DNA of 64,000 nucleotides, taken from the IMG/VR virus record IMGVR_UViG_3300027983_002389. One strand, given 5' to 3'. Positions 57,027 to 64,000 of this stretch are shown here, piece by piece (positions within the stretch are counted from its first letter, which is position 1; the number at the start of each line of letters is the position of its first letter). Under the pieces are notes generated by a model. It saw only the letters and a program-made list of their open reading frames with translations, was not told the origin of the DNA and made no database searches. The translations under genes and the position numbers were made by a program. Source of the DNA: a virus (lineage: Duplodnaviria; Caudoviricetes).

Positions 57027-57390
57027 TATTAGGCAAAATAATGGCGTGCGCTCGACCTACGCCGTCAATGCCAGCAATAAGCTCCCTGTCAAAAGCAGCC
57101 TTCATCTGCGGATAACGAAATGATGCCGCCTTCTCCCTCGCCTTCGCAAAGATGCCAGTCAATTGCTGATGAATCCCTTTCAAATTCTGAGTCGCCTTGA
57201 TAATCTCAGGATCAGCAGGAAGAGATGCAGTTGCCTTGGGTTGACTGTAAACTACAGTTGGATCATTCCTGCCATCAGCAGTTGACCTCGTGCCCTTCGG
57301 AACATATGTCTGTGTCTGATTTGGGTCTAAACCCATTGCCGGTGCCGCTACAGCCTCCAGCCATGCAGTGAATGATCGTATTTTTCCCAT
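57004..57390 (-). CDS. Putative head-packaged hypothetical protein
   Basis: MGKIRSFTAWLEA; TATATA at 57395-57400, 4 nt upstream. Confidence 0.7.
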   Translation of the reverse strand: MGKIRSFTAWLEAVAAPAMGLDPNQTQTYVPKGTRSTADGRNDPTVVYSQPKATASLPADPEIIKATQNLKGIHQQLTGIFAKAREKAASFRYPQMKAAFDRELIAGIDGVGRAHAIILPNSEGNENE

Positions 57391-57432
57391 ACGCTATATA
57401 GAGAAATGACAGTTTAATTGCGGAGAAGTTAT

Positions 57433-57663
57433 TTACTTAGTCTGTTGGAGTACCTGCTGGCCCCTGTGAGCAATGCGATGGTCACAAACTGACGCTGATA
57501 CATAACGCCCTCCTGCCAGGCAGTGGTAGCAGAGGGGGTGTTGATCACGAAGCGAGGCCCAACGCTTCGGGTCCATCTTCCACTTGGTCGTATAATTGGG
57601 GGGGTGACTTCTTCTTGCATACACAGTCAGCAAAGAGGCATATTGAGCAGGCTTTTTTTTCAT
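57433..57663 (-). pseudogene. Truncated HK97 gp74-type HNH endonuclease
   Basis: TAAATA-cagc-ATG; HPLCYHCLAGGR..SASVCDHRIAHRG, then cut by the repeat. Confidence 0.7.
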
Positions 57664-57686
57664 GCTGTATTTACGGTTGACCAACG

Positions 57687-57714
57687 AAAAAACCCCGGTT
57701 GATAAACCGGGGTT
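57687..57714 (-). terminator. Intrinsic terminator
   Basis: AACCCCGGTT/AACCGGGGTT with A-tract on + strand. Confidence 0.75.
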
Positions 57715-57790
57715 AGGATGGGGTGATTGTCTGTACACGTTCAGGATGGGCGGGCGGAGAAGTTATTTACTTAGTCTGTTGGAGTAGCTA

Positions 57791-57817
57791 TGCCAATGGA
57801 AGGCACATTTCTTAACC
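57791..57817 (-). repeat. Hairpin micro-element copy C; partial copy follows at 57823-57841
   Basis: TGCCAATGGAAGGCACATTTCTTAACC. Confidence 0.9.
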
Positions 57818-57878
57818 GTCATTGGTGCCAATGGTATAACCCTCGTACGTTTGCCCGTTGCACAGGGTGAGTGTACCG

Positions 57879-58643
57879 TCAGACAAGTGCCAATGGAAGG
57901 CACATTTCTTTTTCCGGCCAGTCATTGTCATACATTCTTTGCACAGCTATTTCAAACATGTTTTTGTCAATTTCAATTCCAATATAACCTCTATTAAGGT
58001 TCTTTGCCGCCAAACAAGTCGTGCCTGATCCCATCGTGTTGTCCAAAATGCAATCGCCTTCATTGGAATAGGTTTTTACCAAATATTCAAGCAAAGCCAA
58101 AGGCTTTTGTGTGCTGTGAACACCTTTGTTGGAATTATCCCGTGGATAACGCAACAAATTCTTGGGATGGGAGTGAGTATAATTCTTGTATTTAACCGGC
58201 AATTCAAACGATCCAACAGAGTTGATTGTCTCACTGGCACAAGTTGGAAGTTTGTGCCTATAAGGCTTGTCGAGCGGAATCATTTGTGCATTGTATTTAG
58301 CCTTGTCGTAAAATACGCATATCTCTTCAATACATCGCAAAGGTTGATGGGCAGTATTCAAAAAACCCGTACCTTTTTCCTTCTCCCAATACCAGCAATA
58401 TTTGAACATTGCAAAATTGCTCGCAATCAGCTTGGAAGTAAAAGGCTGCGAGGCAAATAACACAATTGGACATCCAGGCTTCGCTAACCGTTTGTATTCC
58501 GACCACAAACGATCCAATGGCAACTCGCAATCCCACTTGGCCTGAGTGATCCCATAGGGTAAGTCGGCCAAAATGCAGTCTATGGACGCAGCCTCAAGCC
58601 CCGCCATCATTTCAAAACAGTCGCCAAATAGAAGTTTTCCCAT
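57879..58643 (-). CDS. DNA N6-adenine/N4-cytosine methyltransferase (beta class)
   Basis: GDC, DLPYG, HSTQKP, LDNTMGSGTT, IGIE. Confidence 0.92.
   Translation of the reverse strand: MGKLLFGDCFEMMAGLEAASIDCILADLPYGITQAKWDCELPLDRLWSEYKRLAKPGCPIVLFASQPFTSKLIASNFAMFKYCWYWEKEKGTGFLNTAHQPLRCIEEICVFYDKAKYNAQMIPLDKPYRHKLPTCASETINSVGSFELPVKYKNYTHSHPKNLLRYPRDNSNKGVHSTQKPLALLEYLVKTYSNEGDCILDNTMGSGTTCLAAKNLNRGYIGIEIDKNMFEIAVQRMYDNDWPEKEMCLPLALV
57887..57910 (-). repeat. Hairpin micro-element copy D, inside methyltransferase 3' end
   Basis: GTGCCAATGGAAGGCACATTTCTT. Confidence 0.9.
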
Positions 58644-58871
58644 CCTCTATCAGAGTGTTGGTGATAAAACTCTCCGTGAAAGAGACTTTGTGACTAACAT
58701 CATGTCGTAAAGTCAGTATCAGCAAGGCTTTACGCAAAACAAGCAGATCAGATGAACCAAGTCGGTTTCGATCGGGATCGGGAACTGTTAAAGAAGCTGT
58801 TGAACGAAACCAAGTCGTTTTCGTTCCCGTTGTGCATTTCACATTTAATTTCACAAACTAATTTAGTTTGC

Positions 58872-58900
58872 TTTACATACCAAAATTTGCGTGGTAGAAT
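58872..58900 (+). promoter_or_regulatory. sigma70-like promoter
   Basis: TTTACA-N17-TAGAAT, 8 nt before ATG 58909. Confidence 0.7.
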
Positions 58901-58936
58901 CTGTCCACATGAGTCATCGCCTAACTTTTTCAGGAT

Positions 58937-61246
58937 TTGATTGTGGTTGTAAAAACACTGCCCAAAACTACCAAAACTACCAAAACTAACAAAACTAACA
59001 AAACTAACAAAACTACCAAAACTGGCGATAGGACTAATGCCAGAAATGCGATTGAAGTAAATCGTCAGGGGGATTCTTTCTGGAAAGATTCAATTATCCA
59101 AGGTGAGTCCCTGTATCACATACACATTGAACAACTTAACACGTTGCTGCAACTTGAGTTGCTGAAGTACAATCTGCCTCTTATTCTGGTTTTGGTGGCA
59201 CGGAAAGAAATAAACAATGCCATCATTCGTCTTAATGAAGGTGGGAATCCCAAAATTATCATCTGGCAAAACCAGATTGAAACAATGGCAGAAGTCATTG
59301 CCAAGCTGGTGCAAGACCCAACCAAATCAATGGTTTTGATTGGCGCAACACAGCTTGGAAAGACAATGACTGTCATTCTCTGCTGGATTGCCGAGGCTGT
59401 ACTTTATGCCACCACAGGTGTGGCTTACAAAGTATTGTTCATTCAGCCCGGTAAAAAATCCCTAAATACCCAAATGACTCGGGATTTGAAGGGATTTAAT
59501 GATCTCTACGATTGGGAATTTTCAGGAGAACACGTCCCGGTAAAACCTGTTCGCTGTCATTCTGATTACCGGGTTAAAGTAGGACATTTACTGCACCTTG
59601 GCGAAGAACACGACTTGCCTGTGTTCGCACGCACCAAAGGCATTAAAAAAGCCCTCGGACAATTGAAACAAGTAATTCAGAAAGCACATGAGGCAAATGT
59701 AAGGGTTTTGCTGATTGTGGACGAATGCCATTGGGGGATGGGCAAAGAAAGCATCATGAAGTCAATCCTTGATTTCGCTAAGGATTTGACCACCAAGGCT
59801 CAAGGCGACATTATGCTCGCCATTAGTGCCACCCCATTCCAACTTTCTTATCTGCATTCTTTACACAAAGTATTCTGCCGAACCTACAAAGATTACATTG
59901 GTTACGCTTTTTGGGGTGGACGCCTGTTGGATGATCGGTGGCCGTTAATTATTCCTACAATCGTCTCGTTTAGTCATGCCAGCGTAGATCAAATCGCTGG
60001 GGAAAATTTTCACTTGGTAGATCGTCGCTATTTTTATAGCAAAAAAAACTTTGATAAGTGGACGAAGAAAGGACAATTCACAAGCCACGAACACTACCAG
60101 GAATTTTGTGAGAATGCCCTGGTCATGTTCGTGAATAACATGCTGGTCAACATCAATCCTCGTAAGGGGCGGGGATTGATGCTTAGGTTTTTCAAGAAAA
60201 TCACCGAAGTCAAATCCTTCCTGATTCGTAAGAAAAACGCCTTTCACAAGAACATTAAACTGGTTCAGTGGAATGGGGAGAATTCTAGCGAGGAATTAGA
60301 AGTCCATTTGAAAAATGAAGGCGTGACCGATGAAGATTTGAAGTTGGTTATGCTCAATGGTAATGGACGCATGGGGAATAGAGTCACCGATGAGTCAGGT
60401 ATTTGTTATGGCTATGATGCCGCACATTCATCCACTCTCACTGCAATCATTCAGGGAGTTGTAGGTCGCCTCACTGGTAAAAAAACCATCATCCCAATGA
60501 TCTTCCTTGCCGATCAACATAAAGAATTGTTGGATCGGTACGTTGAAACCCTGGGGGCCGATGTTGGGCCGAAGCCGCATGAACATATGTCTCAGGCGAA
60601 TTGTCAAGTTCGCCTGTCAGATAGCATCATCCTTTGGGGAAGCAATCCACAAGCCGATAAATTCTATAACCCCTCGACCGGGGTTAAAATGAAAGATATT
60701 GGATTGGATGAGTTGGAGTCGTTCATAACGACCTTTAGTGACTCTCGTTGGAAAAACAAGACCATCCTCAAAGGACCAAAAATGACCGACGACAGCAAGA
60801 TGCTGTTTTGGAAAAAATGGAATGATGCCATTCCGTCAATCGAAAAAAGTATGAAACTCCAGCCCGGTGATCTTGTTCAATTCTCAACAAATGAACTTAA
60901 TGTGAGTCCATTTGTTGATTCTGAAGGATTTTCCTACGACGGAACTGTTGGCTTCCGTAAAGCAGACGCCAAATCGGTCACAAATTCCAATCTTAAAAGT
61001 GATCGGCTTGTCAGCGGCACTAAAAAAGGATATCGCCGACTTCAACCCCAAGTACACCTGCAACCTGTTAAGACCGGCAGAGGTATTAGATGGCACTTTG
61101 TTGCTATCAAACTCCGTCTCGTTTCGGATACGACTTCGTTGACCCTAATTGAATTCTTGCCCAACAAAAAGTCCTTGGTCTATCACCCAATGGGCGATCA
61201 ACCATCTTTCCTCGAAATCCATCATGAAGCCCAGGGAAAGAAATGA
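58937..61246 (+). CDS. SF2 DExH helicase-like protein
   Basis: GATQLGKT, IVDECH, SATP, QGVVGR. Confidence 0.75.
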   Translation: MIVVVKTLPKTTKTTKTNKTNKTNKTTKTGDRTNARNAIEVNRQGDSFWKDSIIQGESLYHIHIEQLNTLLQLELLKYNLPLILVLVARKEINNAIIRLNEGGNPKIIIWQNQIETMAEVIAKLVQDPTKSMVLIGATQLGKTMTVILCWIAEAVLYATTGVAYKVLFIQPGKKSLNTQMTRDLKGFNDLYDWEFSGEHVPVKPVRCHSDYRVKVGHLLHLGEEHDLPVFARTKGIKKALGQLKQVIQKAHEANVRVLLIVDECHWGMGKESIMKSILDFAKDLTTKAQGDIMLAISATPFQLSYLHSLHKVFCRTYKDYIGYAFWGGRLLDDRWPLIIPTIVSFSHASVDQIAGENFHLVDRRYFYSKKNFDKWTKKGQFTSHEHYQEFCENALVMFVNNMLVNINPRKGRGLMLRFFKKITEVKSFLIRKKNAFHKNIKLVQWNGENSSEELEVHLKNEGVTDEDLKLVMLNGNGRMGNRVTDESGICYGYDAAHSSTLTAIIQGVVGRLTGKKTIIPMIFLADQHKELLDRYVETLGADVGPKPHEHMSQANCQVRLSDSIILWGSNPQADKFYNPSTGVKMKDIGLDELESFITTFSDSRWKNKTILKGPKMTDDSKMLFWKKWNDAIPSIEKSMKLQPGDLVQFSTNELNVSPFVDSEGFSYDGTVGFRKADAKSVTNSNLKSDRLVSGTKKGYRRLQPQVHLQPVKTGRGIRWHFVAIKLRLVSDTTSLTLIEFLPNKKSLVYHPMGDQPSFLEIHHEAQGKK
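58963..59023 (+). repeat. 9-bp coding repeat, about 7 units (KTT/KTN)
   Basis: CAAAACTA(C/A). Confidence 0.95.
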
Positions 61247-61247
61247 T

Positions 61248-62192
61248 ATGAATACCAATTGGACAGATGAGACAAATCGCAAATATAAACAAGTTTCACG
61301 GGAATTGGCAACGGAATTCTCCCACCGCTCCTCAGCCCTTTTTATGCCCGCACACTCGGCAGTGTGCGTTAAAACCGCAGAGAAAAATAAGATGGTCCAT
61401 AAAAAGACCACTAAACTCTATCTCGTAGAACGTGATCCGGCAAAGGTAGATGCCTTAAAAATTATTGTCCATGACTGGAAAAAGGAAATTTATACACAGG
61501 AACTCCATACCGTTTCGCTGCCTGAAAAACTCGATTATGCTTGGATCGACCTGACTGGTACACTGAACCAAAAGATTCAGTCCTGGATTCAGTCCTCTTT
61601 GTCTCCTAACTTAAATCTGAATTCCGTCGTCTGTTTCACACAAGGGTATTGTTGGAGAAATAATCCTTGGCTAAAAAATAACCATGAATATGTGCATAAT
61701 AATCATTATGAAACTTATGCCGAGTTTAGACAAAATACCTCTGTCGTGCAAGACCCGCTTCTCGCTTTTCCTGTGTTTTTGCTCTGTTCAGCACTCAGAG
61801 ATTGGAATGTATTGACGCTCGAACCATATCACTATCGAGATACTATTGATATGGTCTTGTTTCGATTCAAATTGTTGTCTCGTAAAATCCCATCCCTGAC
61901 CCCTCTAGGAGAAAAAGAAAACCCAAAACAAACTCTCGTGAAACACAACCATTCATGTCCCCTACATCCTACTCAAGAAACTAAAAAAATGACTCTAGTA
62001 CCGTCCGCTGCCGTTGTGATCGAAGCTATCTTCACCGCCAATTCCCCAGCACATAAGGCGCACGCAACCCGTAAGCTGAATGCTTATGTCGCCCAAAAAA
62101 TCAAAGAAGGTATGAAGGAAACTCAAGTCCGTGCAGCTATCGCCGCACACGTTACTCGACGAAGAAAAAAACTGCTTGAACCCGTAACCTAA
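61248..62192 (+). CDS. Hypothetical protein, possible divergent methyltransferase fold
   Basis: LYLVERD and DYAWIDLTG resemble motifs II/IV; weak. Confidence 0.5.
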   Translation: MNTNWTDETNRKYKQVSRELATEFSHRSSALFMPAHSAVCVKTAEKNKMVHKKTTKLYLVERDPAKVDALKIIVHDWKKEIYTQELHTVSLPEKLDYAWIDLTGTLNQKIQSWIQSSLSPNLNLNSVVCFTQGYCWRNNPWLKNNHEYVHNNHYETYAEFRQNTSVVQDPLLAFPVFLLCSALRDWNVLTLEPYHYRDTIDMVLFRFKLLSRKIPSLTPLGEKENPKQTLVKHNHSCPLHPTQETKKMTLVPSAAVVIEAIFTANSPAHKAHATRKLNAYVAQKIKEGMKETQVRAAIAAHVTRRRKKLLEPVT

Positions 62193-62242
62193 ACACGTTA
62201 CTCGACGAAGAAAAAACTGCTTGAACCCGTAACCTAAACACG
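62147..62242 (+). repeat. 46/45-bp tandem duplication of gene 3' end
   Basis: ACACGTTACTCGACGAAG(A)nCTGCTTGAACCCGTAACCTAA x2. Confidence 0.95.
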
Positions 62243-62273
62243 AAAAACCCAGTCATAAACTACTGGGTTTTTT
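62243..62273 (+). terminator. Intrinsic terminator
   Basis: AAAAACCCAGT-8-ACTGGGTTTTT. Confidence 0.85.
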
Positions 62274-62284
62274 ATTGCTCTCAC

Positions 62285-62420
62285 AGCTACAGCTATCTCC
62301 ACAAGCTACAGCTATCTCCACAAGCTACAGCTATCTCCACAAGCTACAGCTATCTCCACAAGCTACAGCTATCTCCACAAGCTACAGCTATCTCCACAAG
62401 CTATCTCCACAAGCTACAGC
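62285..62420 (+). repeat. 19-bp non-coding tandem array, 6 full units plus partials
   Basis: AGCTACAGCTATCTCCACA. Confidence 0.95.
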
Positions 62421-62586
62421 AAGCGGCAACATAAGCCGCCCACCCACACCCTCGCTTGTGAATAATGCCATGTCTAACGTGTGAACTACCACCACCCTAA
62501 CGTGTGAAGCCCTATAGAGCCGTTGTGTGAAGCCCTCACCACTAGCGCCCCAGGTATTAAAATACGCTATTAACCAAATAACCACG

Positions 62587-62616
62587 AAAAAAGGGAGGCC
62601 ATTTCTTACCTCCCTT
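62587..62616 (-). terminator. Intrinsic terminator
   Basis: AAGGGAGG...CCTCCCTT with A-tract on + strand. Confidence 0.65.
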
Positions 62617-62711
62617 CACCCCAATTACTCAAATTTAGTCCAGCCTGAATTCGCTGGTGGACTGTAATCCCCTAATGAATCAATGATGATTGTCCATCGC
62701 CGCATACCAAA

Positions 62712-63128
62712 TCAAACCATCCATTCTGGCTTGTTCATCATATCTGTATCTGGATTGTTCAGCATATCTTCCCAACGCTCCAACAACCGCTCTCCACTCT
62801 CCTTCTCATTTTTGCACTTCTGAAGCTCACCCACCAATTCAACATATTTAACCAATAAGGCATTCGCAGTATCCAAATCTAACTCTGGATCAGTTAATTG
62901 ATGATTGTACCATCCCCACCGCTCCTCTAAATAACTCAACCGCCTTCTACATCTTTCTACATTATCAGCCAAACTGATTGTTTTCGATTTCACCATGCTC
63001 TCTAAGTCCGGCAACTCCTCCTGACTCTGATCTTCACGCCCCGTTAATATCCCACGCAATACTCCAAATCCCAATGTGTCGGGAATATTACACTCGCTAC
63101 GCAATCGACGCTCGGTTCGACCCATCAA
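62712..63128 (-). CDS. Hypothetical coiled-coil protein
   Basis: Overlap-coupled to upstream gene; terminator downstream. Confidence 0.55.
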   Translation of the reverse strand: MMGRTERRLRSECNIPDTLGFGVLRGILTGREDQSQEELPDLESMVKSKTISLADNVERCRRRLSYLEERWGWYNHQLTDPELDLDTANALLVKYVELVGELQKCKNEKESGERLLERWEDMLNNPDTDMMNKPEWMV

Positions 63129-63511
63129 CCCCTCAACCCCTCATTTCTCATTTGTTTTTCAATCCGGGTGAATCTTTCAAATGCAAATTGATTCTCCGAA
63201 ATATCAGATTTAGGGAATCTCTGGAAATATTCAATATGTTCCTTTAATTCACTCATCGAATATACAACTGAATATAACTGACCACCAGTTGTCCGCTCGA
63301 ACGCACACGCACCCGGACCAATCTCATGTATTCGCAACTCACCGCCAACCTCTAACTTCATACCCTGTATTAGGTAGGCATTCACCTTTGATAAGAAGTA
63401 AACTCCAGGTCGAGATGAATCTGAAATCTTAAAACCAATCAAACCCGAGATGTCAACCACTGATGCAACAAATGTCCGGCATTCCATCCCAAACCCCCTC
63501 AATCTGACCAA
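63125..63511 (-). CDS. Hypothetical protein
   Basis: ORF pair on - strand. Confidence 0.5.
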   Translation of the reverse strand: MVRLRGFGMECRTFVASVVDISGLIGFKISDSSRPGVYFLSKVNAYLIQGMKLEVGGELRIHEIGPGACAFERTTGGQLYSVVYSMSELKEHIEYFQRFPKSDISENQFAFERFTRIEKQMRNEGLRG

Positions 63512-64000
63512 GTATTAACACCCAATCCACATCCTACCAAATCTAGGCAATTTTTCCAGACTAATCCCACACTCCGGTCACAAAAGCTCCAAAAACACCC
63601 TTTTTCCGTGTCGGACGTAAACCAAATGTGTGAAGGCACTTAGGACACGTTGATGGGTTTTGCTTGGAAACGAGCAGGACAAGGGCCTAGTCAGCCTTTC
63701 ATTGCGTCCTTTATTTTCCTGTTATTCCTCCAGGAAAAGGTTCCAGAGGCGTATTTGATGAATATTGGAAAGAATATCTTTTTGTTTGTGAAGGGTATAT
63801 TGAAAAACAAAAAGAAATGTGTGAAGGGAAAAGAATTCAGGGGATCAAGAATATCTCAGGACGCAATAAAAAACAATAAACAAAAACAATAAGGACACAA
63901 GTCAACAATGGTCAACAATGGTCAACAATATTTAGTTCAAATTGAGTTCATTGTTGAACGCTGCCTTATCCTACCTTTTGTTTTTGTTAATTGTCTTTAA

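Larger units (their letters stand above)
57420..57786. repeat. 33-bp direct repeats flanking an HNH fragment
   Basis: GCGGAGAAGTTATTTACTTAGTCTGTTGGAGTA at 57420-57452 and 57754-57786. Confidence 0.95.

Noticed and set aside
57791-57910. Hairpin repeat copies as a mini-CRISPR
   Set aside because: Only two full copies about 70 nt apart, one inside a CDS. The other copies are kilobases away and one has a TSD, which fits insertion better.
62285-62420. 19-bp array as a CRISPR array
   Set aside because: Units are directly abutting with no spacers, and no cas genes are present.
62593-62610. GGAGGCCATTTCTTACC as a degenerate copy of the hairpin element
   Set aside because: Needs several gaps to align and is explained as a terminator stem-loop.
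1-64000. Genome-wide stop-codon reassignment
   Set aside because: TAA, TAG and TGA all end well-supported genes, and coding density is high under code 11.

Overview
A gene-dense 64 kb segment of a large dsDNA bacteriophage, most likely a jumbo phage with T4-like late regulation. The host is inferred only weakly as Planctomycetota, from host-like genes. No capsid, terminase or polymerase genes are recognisable, so this is an accessory region. It holds about 100 mostly small, co-oriented + strand ORFs with overlapping stop/start codons, and a - strand late operon at 52-57.4 kb. Recognisable products: SNF2/HARP-like helicase, HAD deoxyribonucleotidase, YqeY, DUF2934, 2H phosphoesterase, TPR, GT2-like glycosyltransferase, CAP protein, TylF-like methyltransferase, macrodomain, vWA, SmpB, a frameshifted HNH, an RNA-repair-type HAD, an atypical kinase, a SAM methyltransferase, a voltage-gated K+ channel, an Ogg-like HhH glycosylase, an N4/N6 DNA methyltransferase and an SF2 helicase. 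Three promoter classes can be read from the sequence: sigma70-like TTTACA-N15-GG-TAnAAT (11 copies), ECF-like GGTCGAACCA-N16-TCTAGG (5 copies) and late TA(A/T)ATA placed 4-5 nt before leaderless ATGs. Four observations stand out. (i) About 10 late proteins share a T4 capsid-targeting-like N-terminus (M-x-F-x-x-W/F-L-x-E) and carry enzyme domains. (ii) A 24-40 bp hairpin micro-element (AAGAAATGTGCCTTCCATTGGCA) is dispersed at 4 sites, and one copy sits in-frame between a perfect 8-bp target-site duplication. (iii) One palindromic TATATA appears to serve two leaderless divergent genes. (iv) Short tandem and direct duplications are pervasive at gene ends. All family calls come from reading motifs by eye; no database search was run.
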